The notes under the pieces are model-generated. The model ran no database searches. It was not told where the DNA came from and saw only the letters and a program-made list of their open reading frames with translations. From NCBI GenBank assembly GCA_963758525.1, contig CAVWVQ010000003.1, positions 3,616,001 through 3,680,000 of the forward strand: a stretch of 64,000 bases of DNA. Reading direction: 5' to 3'. This document shows, piece by piece, positions 28,888-41,241 of this stretch. Position numbers and translations under genes: made by a program. Numbering within the stretch: the stretch's first letter is position 1; the number at the start of each line of letters is the position of its first letter. Source of the DNA: an uncultured Phycisphaerales bacterium. GTDB lineage: Bacteria > Planctomycetota > Phycisphaerae > Tepidisphaerales > Tepidisphaeraceae.

Positions 28888-31587
28888 ATGGGATCAGATG
28901 CGGAGCAGTTGCGACTCAGCCAGCCAGTCCAGTGGCGAAAATGGGGCCCGTATCTGAGCGAGCGGCAGTGGGGAACGGTGCGTGAGGATTACAGCCCCGA
29001 CGGCTCCGCCTGGAATTTTTTCCCGCATGATCATGCCCGCAGCCGCGTCTATCGCTGGGGAGAAGACGGCATCGGCGGATTCTGCGACGATTTGCAAAGA
29101 CTCTGCTTCTCCGTCGCGCTCTGGAACGGGAAAGATCCGATTCTTAAGGAGCGCATTTTCGGCCTGACCAACAGCGAAGGAAATCACGGCGAAGATCCCA
29201 AGGAGCTTTACTATTACCTGGATGCCACGCCGACCCATTCGTATCTCAAAATGCTCTACAAGTATCCGCAGGCAGAATTCCCCTACGCGCGAATCGTTGA
29301 CGAGAACCGCCGGGCCGGCCGACTCAAGCCGGAATTCGAACTGCTGGACACCGGAATTTTTGACCAGGATCGGTACTTTGATGTCTTCATCGAATACGCC
29401 AAGGCCGGGCCGGATGATATTCTGATCGTTATCACTGCCCACAACCGCGGCCCGGACGCCGCGCCGCTGCACCTGCTCCCGCAGATATGGTTCCGCAATA
29501 CCTGGAGCTGGGTCCCCGGCAGCAGCAAGCCTCTGCTGCTTGCCGACGACCGCGGCGCGATTGAAGCCAGGCACGAGACACTCGGCGCCTACTTTCTCTA
29601 TGCGGAGGATGTGTCCGAGCTGCTCTTTTGCGACAATGAAACCAACAACGCCCGCGTTTTTGGCGCTCCTCCTTCAGAGGGATATTGGAAGGACGGCTTC
29701 AACGACTTCATCATTCAAAAAGCGGTGACGGCCATCAACCCGCAAAGGGTGGGGACCAAGGCCGGGGCGCATTATCCGGCGGTCATTCCCGCCCAGCAGA
29801 GCCGGCAAATCCGTCTGCGTCTCACTTCGCAGTACAACAACAACCCTTTTGATCAATTCGATTCCACCTTCGCGCAGCGCCGCCATGAGGCCGACCAATT
29901 TTACGAATCGTTGCCCGCCGCGGCCAAAGCCCCCGAATCGCGCCATATTCAACGCCAGGCGTTTGCCGGAATGATCTGGAGCAAGCAGTTTTACTGTTAC
30001 GACGTTCCCAGGTGGTTGCACGGCGATCCCGCATTCCCGCCACCCCCCGAGCAGCGGCTGCACGGCCGCAATTCCGACTGGATGCATCTCAACAATGCCG
30101 ACGTCATTTCCATGCCCGACAAATGGGAATATCCATGGTATGCGTCGTGGGACCTGGCGTTTCATTGCGTGCCCCTGGCAATGATCGATTCCGAATTTGC
30201 CAAGCGGCAACTGCTGCTGTTGACCAGGGAATGGTACATGCATCCCAATGGCCAACTTCCCGCTTATGAATGGGCGTTTGGAGACGTGAATCCGCCGGTT
30301 CATGCCTGGTCGACTTGGCGCGTCTACCAGATCGATCGCGATCATCATAATGGCGGAAAGGGAGATCTTCTTTTCTTGAAACGGGTTTTTCACAAGCTGC
30401 TGCTCAACTTCACCTGGTGGGTCAATCGCAAAGACGTCCAGGGCCGAAACATCTTTCAAGGCGGGTTCCTCGGCCTGGACAACATCGGCGTCTTCGACCG
30501 CAGCGCGCGCCTGCCGACCGGTGGCTACATCAGCCAGTGCGACGGCACCGGCTGGATGGCGATGTATTGCCTTAATCTGATGCGCATCGCGCTGGAGCTC
30601 TCTGTTTTCGACAAGTCCTACCAGGACCTGGCGACGAAATTCTTCGAGCACTTCCTCTACATTGCTGCCGCGATGACTGCCATGGGTCAGGAGGGGATCG
30701 ACCTCTGGTCGCAGGAGGATGAGTTTTTTTACGACGTGCTTTGCCTGCCCGACGGGCACTGCATCCCGATGAAGGTCCGCTCCATGGTGGGGCTGATTCC
30801 ATTATTTGCCGTCGAGGTGCTCGATCCGGAACTGCTGAACGACGCGCCGGATTTCAAACGGCATCTCGAATGGTTTCTCAGCTATCGTCCGGACCTGGCA
30901 AGCCTGGTGTCGCGCTGGAAAGATGCCGGGCGCGGCGAGAGCCGGCTCCTCTCGCTCCTCCGCGGTCACCGCATGAAGGCGCTCTTGAAGCGCATGCTCG
31001 ATACGACGGAATTTCTTTCCGATTACGGCGTGCGTGCCCTGTCCCGCTGGCACCTGGACCATCCCTACGTATTCGGGGCCGAGGGAAAAGAATTTGTCGT
31101 CCAATACGAACCCGCGGAATCGACCACCGGGCTGTTCGGCGGTAATTCCAATTGGCGCGGGCCAATCTGGATGCCGACGAATTTTCTCATCATCGAATCG
31201 TTGCGACGGTTCCACTCCTATTACGGTGACGATTTTAAAATCGAATGTCCGACGGGGTCGGGAACATTTCTGACGATCTGTCAAATTGCCGACGAGCTGT
31301 CACACAGGCTGGCAAAGCTGTTTCTGCCCGGGCCCGATGGCAAGCGCCCGTCGATGGCCGTCAGCCCCAAGCAACAGAACGATCCGCACTTCCGCGATCA
31401 CATTCAGTTCTACGAATATTTTCATGGCGACAGCGGCCGCGGGGTTGGCGCGAATCACCAGACCGGCTGGACCGGTCTCATCGCGGCCCTGCTCGCGCCG
31501 ACCGACCTCAAAATGAACGCCTGCACGCTGTCGCTCGCGGAGCGCACCGTTCCGTCGCCGTCCCATCCAGTTCCGTCCAACGCGTGA
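28888..31587 (+). CDS. MGH1/GH63-like glycoside hydrolase (glucosidase)
   Basis: WGPYLSERQWGTVREDYS, SMPDKWEYPWYASWDLAFH, YEYFHGDSGRGVGANHQTGWT; GGAGG upstream. Confidence 0.88.
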   Translation: MGSDAEQLRLSQPVQWRKWGPYLSERQWGTVREDYSPDGSAWNFFPHDHARSRVYRWGEDGIGGFCDDLQRLCFSVALWNGKDPILKERIFGLTNSEGNHGEDPKELYYYLDATPTHSYLKMLYKYPQAEFPYARIVDENRRAGRLKPEFELLDTGIFDQDRYFDVFIEYAKAGPDDILIVITAHNRGPDAAPLHLLPQIWFRNTWSWVPGSSKPLLLADDRGAIEARHETLGAYFLYAEDVSELLFCDNETNNARVFGAPPSEGYWKDGFNDFIIQKAVTAINPQRVGTKAGAHYPAVIPAQQSRQIRLRLTSQYNNNPFDQFDSTFAQRRHEADQFYESLPAAAKAPESRHIQRQAFAGMIWSKQFYCYDVPRWLHGDPAFPPPPEQRLHGRNSDWMHLNNADVISMPDKWEYPWYASWDLAFHCVPLAMIDSEFAKRQLLLLTREWYMHPNGQLPAYEWAFGDVNPPVHAWSTWRVYQIDRDHHNGGKGDLLFLKRVFHKLLLNFTWWVNRKDVQGRNIFQGGFLGLDNIGVFDRSARLPTGGYISQCDGTGWMAMYCLNLMRIALELSVFDKSYQDLATKFFEHFLYIAAAMTAMGQEGIDLWSQEDEFFYDVLCLPDGHCIPMKVRSMVGLIPLFAVEVLDPELLNDAPDFKRHLEWFLSYRPDLASLVSRWKDAGRGESRLLSLLRGHRMKALLKRMLDTTEFLSDYGVRALSRWHLDHPYVFGAEGKEFVVQYEPAESTTGLFGGNSNWRGPIWMPTNFLIIESLRRFHSYYGDDFKIECPTGSGTFLTICQIADELSHRLAKLFLPGPDGKRPSMAVSPKQQNDPHFRDHIQFYEYFHGDSGRGVGANHQTGWTGLIAALLAPTDLKMNACTLSLAERTVPSPSHPVPSNA

Positions 31588-31618
31588 ATCGAACCGCACA
31601 ATACCCCAGGAGCTTCTC

Positions 31619-32478
31619 ATGCCCAACCAAACAGATACAACCGCATTGCCGGCCGTCGTGATGCCCGAAGTCAGCGTGAATCAGATCCTCAAGGGTCAAA
31701 AGGCGCTGGTCACCGGCGCGAACTCCGGCATCGGCAAGGCCGTGGCGATCGCGCTGGGACACGCGGGCGCGGATGTGGTCATTAACTATGTTCGCGGCGA
31801 CGACGAAGCCAACGCCGTCGCGGCCGAAGCTTCCAAGAATGGAACGAAGGCTTACGCACACAAAGCCGACGTCTCCAACGAGGATGACGTGCATGGGATG
31901 TTCGAAAAGATGAAAGCCGAGTTCGGCACCATCGACATTCTCGTTGCCAACGCCGGGCTGCAGATGGATTCGCCGATCGATCAGATGACCCTCAAGCAAT
32001 GGCAGACTGTCATCAATATCAACCTGACGGGCCAGTTCCTCTGCGCCGCGAGGCGGTGCGCGAGTTCAAGCGCCGAGGCGTGGTGAAGGAAGTCTCCTGC
32101 GCGGCGGGAAAAATCCTGCACATGAGCAGCGTGCATGAAGTGATTCCCTGGGGCGGCCACGTCAACTACGCCGCCAGCAAGGGCGGCATCATGCAGCTGA
32201 TGAAGAGCACCGCGCAAGAAGTTGCGCCGTTCCGTATTCGCGTCAACAGCATCGGGCCCGGCGCCATCCGCACCCCAATCAACACCTCCGCCTGGAACAC
32301 TCCGGAAGCGTATAAATCTTTGATGACGCTGATTCCCTACGGACGTATCGGCGAACCCGAAGACATCGGTCGCGTCGCCGCGTGGCTCGTCTCCGACCAG
32401 GCGGACTACATCACCGGGCAAACACTCTTCGTCGACGGCGGCATGACGCTCTACCCCGGCTTCGCGACGGGCGGATGA
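31619..32478 (+). CDS. SDR family glucose 1-dehydrogenase-like (frameshift at about 32045)
   Basis: TGANSGIG and NAG in the first frame; SSVHEVIPW, YAASKGG, TGQTLFVDGG in the second. Confidence 0.88.
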
Positions 32479-32540
32479 CTGGATCAACCGCAGAGATCAA
32501 CCATGATTCCAGGCGGCGGCCGCACAGTCTGTGACTCATT

Positions 32541-32650
32541 TTCCCCTCCCCTGGTACTCCGGGGGACGGTCAGGGTGGGGGCCTCTTCGGCAATCGGGAA
32601 TGGCACTGCCCCCGCCCCAGCCCGCCCCCGGAGTACCAGGGGAGGGGGGA
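32541..32650. repeat. REPIN-like element, family D
   Basis: cccctcccctggtactccggggg ... cccccggagtaccaggggagggg. Confidence 0.85.
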
Positions 32651-32660
32651 CGCCGCCTAA

Positions 32661-35626
32661 GTGTCGCATGCTGCATTACCACTTCCGGTGATCCAGGGAA
32701 CGGACGTCCAATCGCAGCGCGTTGCCGCGGACTTGTCGGCACTCTCTGTTGGCGAAGTGCGCTTCGACCGGCACAACCGCCGGCTGTATGCGACCGATGC
32801 ATCCCTCTATGAAGTCGAGCCGATTGGCGTGGTATTGCCGGGCAGCACGAGCAAGTGCGGCGCGTTCTCACCTATTGCAATGATCATCACATCGCGCTGC
32901 TGCCGCGGGTCGCCGGCACGAGCCTGGCGGGACAGTGTACGAACCGGGCGATCGTTCTCGACCTGTCCGCGTTTTGCCGCAAGCTGATCAGCGTCGACCT
33001 CGAGGCGCGCACGTGCGAAGTCGAGCCCGGTATGACGGTGGACGAATTGAATCGCGCGCTGGCTGCCAGGAAATCCGGCTTTTTCTTCGCCGCCGATCCC
33101 GCGACCAGCGCCCAGGCCTGCATCGGCGGGTGCATTGGAAACAACGCCGCCGGCGCCCGCTCCATTCGCTACGGGCGCACCAGCGAGAATCTCGCGGGGG
33201 TTGATGGGATTCTTCCCAGCGGCGACCGCTGCCGGCTCGCCCCGCTCGCGGGCCGGCAGAGCCCGATCGCATTACGCCTCGCGCAGGAGATCGCGGGAAT
33301 CGTCCGCTCCAACGCGGAAGAAATCCGCAACCGCTTTCCCCGTCTTGTCCGGCGCAACGCCGGCTATGGTCTCGATCTGATTCTTGCGCAACTCGACGTC
33401 GGCATCGCCGTCGAAGACGTCGATCTTTCCGGCCTGATCTGCGGCAGCGAGGGAACGCTCGCCGTCGTGGTCGGCGCGACGCTGCGCCTTCATCCCGTTC
33501 CCGCCGCGCGGGGACTGGCGATCGCCTCGTTTGATGACATCGACGCCGCGATTGCCGCCGTTTGTCCGATTCTTCGAACCGCTCCCAGCGCGGTCGAACT
33601 ACTCGATAAAGCCGTCCTGACCGCCGCTCGCGGCAACGAGCAATGCCGGCATTACGTCGATCTGCTTCCCCGCGTAGACGGTCGCGATCCGGCCGCCGCG
33701 CTCTATATCGAATATGAATCGCCCAATTCGTCGGCCGATCTCGACGGCGCATTCGAATCGCTTCGTCAGACGCTGCCCGGCATTGCCCTGAGCGTGTATC
33801 GGGATCCCGCTCCGATGGCACAGTTGTGGACCCTGCGTAAATCCAGCGAAGCGCTCCTCCACGCCCTCTCGGCCAAGCGCAAGCCGATTACCTTTGTCGA
33901 AGACAACGCCGTTCCCGTCGAAAATCTCTCGCGCTTTGTCCGCGAGTTCAGGAAGATCGTCGAATCCCATGGCACAGATGCCGCATACTACGCCCATGCA
34001 TCGGTCGGTGTGCTTCACGTTCGCCCCATGCTCGATCCGCACGATCCGAAAGACCTCAGGATCATGGAGAGCATCGCCGTCGAAGCGGCCGACCTGGCGC
34101 GCGAATGCGGCGGCGTCATGTCCGGCGAGCATGGGGACGGACGTGTTCGCGGACCGCTTCTCGAACGCTTCTACGGCCCGCAACTGATGCGCGCCTTCAC
34201 GCAAGTCAAGAAAGTCTTCGACCCCAACGGAATCCTCAACCCCGGCATGATCGTCGGCGCGGGACCCGTCGATTCGATTACGCAAAACCTCCGCACGCAA
34301 TCCGCCGGCAGCTTCGATCCCGACAGCGTGCCGACGTACTTCGATTACGCCGATCAGGAAGGGTTCCGCGGCGCGCTCGAGATGTGTAATGGCGCCGGTT
34401 TCTGCAGAAAGACCGCCGGTGGGACGATGTGCCCGTCTTATCGCGCCACGCTTGACGAGCGTCACTCGACTCGCGGCCGTGCAAACGCGCTGCGCGAACT
34501 GATCACCCGCTCCAGCCCATCACCCGATTGGAACGATCCCGACGTCATTGCGACGCTCGATCTATGCCTCAGCTGCAAGGCATGCAAAACCGAATGCCCC
34601 AGCAACGTGGATATGTCACGACTCAAGGCCGAATACACCGCCCAGCGCTATCGCGCCGGCAGCGCGCCCCTCTCGGCGAAGCTCTTCGGCCATATCCGCA
34701 CGCTCAATCGGTTGGGTTCGCTCGCCCCCGGCGTCGCGAACGCCGTTGCTCGCGCCCGATGGATGCGCGCGCTGACGAACCGCGTTCTGGGAATCGCACC
34801 GAAGCGCAGCGTGCCTCCTTTCGCCACATCGCTCTACAGGTGGCTTGCCCTTCGCGGACCACAGCCCGAGCGCGACCGAACCTGCGTCGCGCTATTCGCC
34901 GATTGCTTCACAACCTACAACGACACTCACGTCGGCCGTGCCGCGGTCAGCGTCCTCGAGTCGCTCGGATACCAGGTGACTCTCCCGCGCGTCGGCTGCT
35001 GCGGCCGCGCCATGCTCTCCACCGGCCTGCTCGACGACGCCTGCCACGCCATCACCGAAACATTCGACGCCCTGCGTCCGTCAATCGAAGATGAGCGCGT
35101 TCGTGCGATCGTCGTCTGCGAGCCATCCTGCCTCAGCGCGATCAAAGATGACTGGCTCCAGCTCAAGCTCGACGTGCCGATCGCACTGCGGCAAAAACTT
35201 GCCGCCAAGGCCATGCTGGTCGAAGAATTTGTCGAGCACTTCTGGGACACTCATCCCGTTTGCCCAGCGCCGAACCGAGACGCAGTCGCTCGCTGTCCGT
35301 CGGTCATTCTCCATGGGCATTGCCATCAGAAGGCCCTCTGGGGCGATCGCACCAGTTCCGACGCTCTCAAGCGTCTGCTCGGCGATCGCGTTCGCACCCT
35401 CGATTCCGGTTGCTGCGGCATGGCCGGCGCATTTGGATACACGGCCGATCATTACGATATCTCGATGAAAATCGGCGAGCTGTCGGTCTTCCCCCCGATT
35501 CGCCAAGCCGCTCCCGACGCGCTGATCGTCGCTCCCGGAACGTCGTGCCGCCATCAGATTCACGACGGTACCGGCCGCCGGGCGTTTCATCCCATCGAAG
35601 TCCTGGCGCGGTTCCTCATGCACTGA
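32661..35626 (+). CDS. FAD-binding, Fe-S-containing (GlcD/GlcF-type) oxidoreductase (frameshift at about 32850)
   Basis: YATDASLY, GTSLAGQ, GEHGDG, CNGAGFC, CLSCKACKTECP, CCG motifs, HGHCHQ. Confidence 0.9.
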
Positions 35627-35696
35627 ATGACCGCGCGCGATCACGCGCCACTTTACTTCTCTTGGTGCGGCGAATGCGGGTCCTGCTCTGCTCTGG

Positions 35697-35814
35697 TCCC
35701 TACTCCCGGTACACCGGGAGAAGGTTAGGATGAGGGTGATTTCGAGCACCAAATGCTCTCGAATTCCAGATCACCCTCCCCCCGACCCTCTCCCGAAGCA
35801 CCGGGAGAGGGAGC
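35697..35814. repeat. Degenerate family-D-like REPIN
   Basis: tccctactcccggtacaccgggag..gagggtgat / atcaccctc..ctctcccgaagcaccgggagaggga. Confidence 0.7.
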
Positions 35815-36012
35815 AATTTCGAAGCTATGGGTGAGGCGATCACGTAGCACAGCCGTATCCACGGAATTCTTTCCCGAAATGGGCATAAATGCCCATTTAC
35901 TTGTTGACTTGAGATTGTCGAATAGTTGTCGTGCGGTTGCTGGTTGTCGTGCGATATCTCGCGCCCGGGAACCGCCGTTGTGTTTTCTGCCAGGTGGAAA
36001 CGGAGTTCCTCC

Positions 36013-36546
36013 ATGTCGGCGACTTTGATCGATGCGCGGCGCTGCAGTATTCCATGGACGCCGCAGACATCGCAAAAGGGCTCCCCCAGGCTGCACGGAC
36101 GCATCCTGGTCGCCGACGACAGCGGCGACCGCCGGGAGCTCATCTTTAGCGTGCTCGGGTGCATGGGCCTCAATGTTGCACTGGTCGAAAACGGGCAAGC
36201 TGCGTTCCAGCGTGCACTGTCTGCCTGGGAAAGCGGGCGTCCGTTTGATCTGGTCCTCATGGACGCACAGATGCCGGAAATCGATGGATATGAAGCGACC
36301 GCGCTGCTTCGCTCCGTCGGGTATGGCGGGCGGATCGTGGCGATGGTCGCATGCACGTTTGAAGGCGCGCATGACAAGTGCGCCGCCGCCGGCTGCGATG
36401 GCTACGCCACCAAGCCGATCTCGTATCGCATGCTGCGAAACGCCGTGGAGCGGTACCTGCCTTCTGAAGAAGGCCCATCACGCACCTGTGACAGCTCGAT
36501 CGGTTTTGAGCAAAGCCTGCTCGTGCCGCGGCCCAACGTGAGTTGA
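36013..36546 (+). CDS. Single-domain response regulator (receiver)
   Basis: ILVADDS, FDLVLMDAQMPEIDG, GCDGYATKP. Confidence 0.85.
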   Translation: MSATLIDARRCSIPWTPQTSQKGSPRLHGRILVADDSGDRRELIFSVLGCMGLNVALVENGQAAFQRALSAWESGRPFDLVLMDAQMPEIDGYEATALLRSVGYGGRIVAMVACTFEGAHDKCAAAGCDGYATKPISYRMLRNAVERYLPSEEGPSRTCDSSIGFEQSLLVPRPNVS

Positions 36547-36567
36547 CACGAGCCCCCGCGGATTCGA

Positions 36568-36677
36568 GGGTTAGCCGCGACGCGGAGCGGAGCGAGTATT
36601 CGAACGAGAAACGGCGCATTTTCATCGCTCGCGCAATCCCCGCGAATACGCGCTCCGCTGCGCGTCGCGGCTAACCC
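36568..36677. repeat. Long inverted repeat between convergent genes
   Basis: gggttagccgcgacgcggagcggagcgagtattcg / cgaatacgcgctccgctgcgcgtcgcggctaaccc. Confidence 0.85.
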
Positions 36678-36719
36678 GGGGAAGCCGTTTCAGCATTCCC
36701 CCGGACCACAATAGGGGAC

Positions 36720-38287
36720 TCACAACCCATATTCCTTCCACCGCTTCGTCACAAGCTCCTTCGTCGTTGGATCCATCTCCAGTTCCTTCGGCCACGCGCG
36801 CACCTTTCCCTCCGCTGGCCATTTCACTGTCGCGTCGAAACCCATCTTGCTTCCAGCGCCAAGATCCGGGCTGGCGTGGTCGAGAATGTCGACCGGTCCG
36901 CGAACGATTTCGGTGTCGCGGGCCGGGTCACAGTTGCTGAACAGGTGAAAGAGCACGTCTTGTTCGTCGTGTACGTTGACCTGCTCGTCAACGACGACGA
37001 TGAATTTCGTGAACGACATCTGGCCGGCGCCCAGATCGCGTGCATCACGCGCCGGGCCTGATAGGGGTATTCCTTGCGGATCTTGATGAACGCGCAGTTG
37101 TGGAAGACGCCGGAGATCGGCAGACAATAGTCGACAATGTCGGGAACGATCATTCTCAGCAGCGGCAGGAAGACGCGCTCGGTGGCTTTGCCGAGAAAAT
37201 AGTCTTCCATGGGCGGCTTGCCGACGATGGTTGTCGGATAGATCGGATTCTTGCGGTGTGTGATCGCGGTGACGTGAAAAGCCGGGTAGCGATCGGCAAG
37301 CGAATAGAAGCCAGTGTGATCGCCGAAGGGCCCTTCCATCAGTGTTTCAGTGGGATCGACGTATCCCTCGATAACGATCTCCGCATTGGCGGGCACTTCA
37401 AGATCGATGGTTTTGCAACGCACGAGGGGAATGCCGCCGTCGTTGAGGAAGCCGGCGAAGAGAAGCTCTTCGATCCCCGGCGGCAGGGGGGCTGTGGCGG
37501 CGTAGGGCAGAACCGATTCTCCGCCCAGGGCGATGGCGAGCGGCATCTTCTCGCCGCGCGATTGATACATTCGGAAGTGCCGTGCCCCGTCGTGATGCAT
37601 GTGCCAGTGCATGGCGCACTTGCGGGGGCCGAAGAGTTGCACGCGATACATCCCGATGTTGCGGTCGCCGGTCACCGGGTTGCGCGTGTGAATTCCACCC
37701 AGGGTAATGTATCGCCCGGTGCCGCGCTCGGTGACTTTGGCGCAGGCTTCCTTGTCGAACACCTGGCCGCTGTCGAGATTGCCGTCCAGCGGCCAGCATT
37801 GAATGATCGGGAGCCTGGTCAGATCGGCATCGGCTCCCTCGTGAACGACCTGCTGGCAGATTCCAGAGCGAACGCTTTTAGGCGGGAAGCTGCCCAGCTT
37901 GATGAGGTCTGGGAGCTTCTTCATTTTTTCCAGCAGCGTCGTGGGCATCTCCGGCTTGACGAGCTGCTGCACACGATCTGCCAGCGCTTCGAGGTTGGCC
38001 GTTCCCAGCGCCTGGTTGACGCGCCAGTAGCTCCCGAACGTGTTGATGGCCACGGGGATGTCGGAGCCCTGCACGTTTTCAAAGAGCAGCGCGCGTCCGC
38101 CGAGCTTGCCCGGGGCGGTCCGATCGAGTTCGTTGTGGCCATGAGGCGCTGGCGATTTGCTGACGCGATCGGCAATTTCCGCGATTTCGAGAACCGGATT
38201 GACGCGCGCGCCGACGCGCTGAAGCTCGTTATTCTTTTCAAGCACGGAAAGGAAATCGGAAAGCGTTTCGGTGGCCATGGTGTGCAT
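36720..38287 (-). CDS. UbiD family decarboxylase (menaquinone-type; frameshift at about 37030)
   Basis: NIGMYRVQ, EIVIEG, EGPFGDHTGFY, GKPPMED; C-terminal TKFIVVVD..LDHA..GSKMGFDAT in a second frame. Confidence 0.9.
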
Positions 38288-38401
38288 GGATGGTACGGAC
38301 GGGATGGTCCATGCGGCAAATTTCGGTCGGACGATGATACGCTAAGGAAAGCGCGAACGGGAGATTTGGCAAGTACGACCGACCTCGATGCGCCGCGTGC
38401 C

Positions 38402-38552
38402 TTCATTTTTACTTTTGCAGTTTTCATTTAACATTTTTCATTCCGATCCCCTCCCTCCAGACCGAACCCTTGCAAACGGAGAATGACAAATGAAAAATGA
38501 AAAGTGAAAAAGGTAAAGTGATATGATTTCCTGAGCCCTGAACCCTGAACCC
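38402..38552. repeat. AT-rich degenerate heptamer inverted array (TTTTCAT..ATGAAAA) plus TGAACCC remnant
   Basis: ttcatttttacttttgcagttttcatttaacatttttcatt / aatgacaaatgaaaaatgaaaagtgaaaa; ctgagccctgaaccctgaaccc. Confidence 0.7.
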
Positions 38553-38704
38553 GTGTTGACGCGGCGTGCATCGATTGGCATAGTGTCGCGCGTGTAGTTC
38601 CGGCCATGGATGGCCGGGTGGGAATGCAGTTGTCGGCGAAGCAGATCAGCGTTGTATCCCCGCGATTTTTTCGGAACTCTTCCATCCTTCCCGCGTCAAA
38701 AACA

Positions 38705-39367
38705 ATGTCCAGCCTGAGCGGAGCACATCACGAGGCAGTGCCACGGACCGAAGCGCCGTCGCGCGGGGTTCGCCCCGATATTGCACTGCTCCGCAAGGCG
38801 CAGGCCGGAGATCGCGCTGCTTACGGGCAGTTGGTGCTGCTGTATCAGGACAGGCTGTTCAATGCGATGCTGCGAATGGTCGGCGACCGCGACGAGGCGA
38901 TGGATCTGACGCAGGAGGCGTTCACCCGCGGGCTTGCCAAGCTCGACAGTTTTCGCGGCGACTCGGCGCCGTATACGTGGCTGTTCCGCATCGCGGTCAA
39001 TCTGGCGATCAGCCAGTTGCGGAAAGTGCAGAAGCAGCGCGTGTTCTCACTGGACCGTCCGGGCCCTGGAGGCGCGACCCGGGAGCATGGCGAAGATCAG
39101 GCGCAGAGCCTGGTCGATCGTCTCGCGGGCGGCGGGCCGCTTCCTTCAGAGCGGGCCGAGCAGCGCGAGCGCGACGAGGCGATCCTCGCGGCGATGGGCC
39201 GGCTCGACGCGGAATATCGCGCGGTGCTGGTGATGCGGGATATCGAAAGTTTCGATTACCAGCAGATGGCCGATTTGCTGGGCCTTCCGCTGGGAACGCT
39301 CAAGAGCAGATTGTTTCGCGCCCGCCTCGCACTGCGGGATGAATTGCGGGCGTATCTGGGAGGCTAG
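38705..39367 (+). CDS. ECF sigma-70 factor
   Basis: DLTQEAF, FRGDSAPYTWLFRIAVN, YQQMADLLGLPLGTLKSRLFRAR. Confidence 0.93.
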   Translation: MSSLSGAHHEAVPRTEAPSRGVRPDIALLRKAQAGDRAAYGQLVLLYQDRLFNAMLRMVGDRDEAMDLTQEAFTRGLAKLDSFRGDSAPYTWLFRIAVNLAISQLRKVQKQRVFSLDRPGPGGATREHGEDQAQSLVDRLAGGGPLPSERAEQRERDEAILAAMGRLDAEYRAVLVMRDIESFDYQQMADLLGLPLGTLKSRLFRARLALRDELRAYLGG

Positions 39368-39448
39368 CTGAGGTCGGCGCAATCGCGTTTTCCCGCAAGG
39401 GACTTTACCCGCGCCCTGTGCAGCGATTGTTGTAAGAGTTGATGCGAC

Positions 39449-41101
39449 ATGTCCCAGAATCAGGAAATCATCGAAGCCCGGCTATGTGCTTACATCGACG
39501 ACGAGCTGGACGCGGCCGGTCGCGCCGAGCTTGAGAAGCACCTGGCTGCCAATCCGCAGCATCAGCGTTTGATCGAAGAGTTGCGTCGAACCAGCGCGCT
39601 GGTGCGGAATCTTCCCCACGAGTCGGCGCCGCCGGAATTGGCCGAAGCGTTTGGCGCGCAACTGGAGCGGTCGGTTCTGCTGGAGGGCGTGTCAGAGGAC
39701 GTCGCAGCCGCCGATTTGAAGGCTCCGCGCTGGCCGCAGCTCGTGGCCATGGCCGCGATCACGCTATTGACGGTCGGACTTGCGGTTGTCGTCTATTTTG
39801 CGCTTCCAGGAACGGGTGGCCGTCCTCAGATCGTCCAGACGGTGCCTCATGCCATGACATCTGGAATAAGTCCGCCTGACGACGATCGGCTTGCCGACGC
39901 CAGAACGCGCGACTTCGACAAGACGCCAAACGCAGATCCGGAAAAGCTCAGCATCAAGAAGGACGACAACGCCGCGGCGGCAACGCCAGACGCTGCGGCG
40001 GCCGCCGGTTCCCCGTTGGCGTTCGCAGGGAAAGCGGCTGCCCCGGATCGACTGAAGGCGCGCGGCGCGGCGACTGAGCCAACCGAAATTCCCGCCGCGC
40101 CCGCTTCGAGTGCTGACGGGTCAGAGCGTCAAACAGCCGCTGCATCCGGGGCCTTGCCGGGCAATTCGACGCCAATCGTTTTGGTGATGCACGCCGACGA
40201 TCCGGCCCAGGCGCGCCGGTCGCTGGTGGTCTATCTCGTGCAGCAGAACATCGCATGGGAGCCCGCGCAGCCTGAGGCCGCCAGCGTTGCGCTGGCACGG
40301 CGCGGCGCGGACGACGCGGCGCGTGACGTTGCTGGAGCGATTGAGCCGCAACCAGCTGCGCCGACAACCGAGCCCGCGCCGAAGCAGTTGCAATCGGAAG
40401 AAAAGCGAGATCAGCTCCCGGCCCACGCCGCCGCAGCGACGGCGGCGCCGACCACCGCGCCGTCGGGCGAGGTCGTCAAGGATGCGCTTGAGCAGGCGAA
40501 GAGCGCCGCCCCCGAAGCCGCGCCGGCATCGCAGCCGCTCTTGGATGAGGCCAAGCTGACAGGGGCGTTGCGGCGCGATGTGTCAGTTGACGGGGGCGAG
40601 AGCGCGGCTTCTGCCAAGCCGGACTTCGCGATCAGCTGCAGGCTGACGGCGGCGCAGGCCGAGGAGTTGCGCGCGAACCTCGCGCAGCCGGGCACGTCGA
40701 TTGACGCGCTGCCGCCTGACGCGAAGCAGAGGGCGATCGCGGACGGGAATGCTCCTCGCGCGGCTCTTCCTGAGCCAGCAGCAGTTACTGCTCCGCCAAC
40801 CACGACCCCGTCTGATGCTGATCTGGCGCGACCGATTCCATCTGCCGCACCGGATTCCAATCGGACCGCAAGTTCAGGTGGGCCTTCGACCCAGCCGAAT
40901 GCAGCCTTGGGCGCGGGTCACATTGAGCCGACGACCCAGCCATGGGCCGGCGAAGATGCAACACTTGATCTGATGATCGTCGTTCGCCCCGCAGATCACC
41001 CGGCGACGAATCCTTCCATTCCGGTGGCTGCCGGGGCTTCCGCCACGCAACCTGCAGTGCCGGATGTGCCTCCCGCCGCGCCGGCTACGCAACCGCAGTG
41101 A
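39449..41101 (+). CDS. Anti-sigma factor (zf-HC2-like N-terminus, TM, long Pro/Ala/Thr-rich region)
   Basis: RLCAYIDDELD..LEKHLA; TM segment; directly after the ECF sigma gene. Confidence 0.8.
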   Translation: MSQNQEIIEARLCAYIDDELDAAGRAELEKHLAANPQHQRLIEELRRTSALVRNLPHESAPPELAEAFGAQLERSVLLEGVSEDVAAADLKAPRWPQLVAMAAITLLTVGLAVVVYFALPGTGGRPQIVQTVPHAMTSGISPPDDDRLADARTRDFDKTPNADPEKLSIKKDDNAAAATPDAAAAAGSPLAFAGKAAAPDRLKARGAATEPTEIPAAPASSADGSERQTAAASGALPGNSTPIVLVMHADDPAQARRSLVVYLVQQNIAWEPAQPEAASVALARRGADDAARDVAGAIEPQPAAPTTEPAPKQLQSEEKRDQLPAHAAAATAAPTTAPSGEVVKDALEQAKSAAPEAAPASQPLLDEAKLTGALRRDVSVDGGESAASAKPDFAISCRLTAAQAEELRANLAQPGTSIDALPPDAKQRAIADGNAPRAALPEPAAVTAPPTTTPSDADLARPIPSAAPDSNRTASSGGPSTQPNAALGAGHIEPTTQPWAGEDATLDLMIVVRPADHPATNPSIPVAAGASATQPAVPDVPPAAPATQPQ

Positions 41102-41241
41102 TAATCCGGGGAGGGACCGACGGAGAATCCGTCGGCTTTCAATTGCGCCCATCAGCGGATCGGGGGTCCCCTAACCTTTTCATTCGCCTTGCATCTAATT
41201 ATTCGACGGGCGAAACGCACAACGAAAGGTGTGGAAGACCC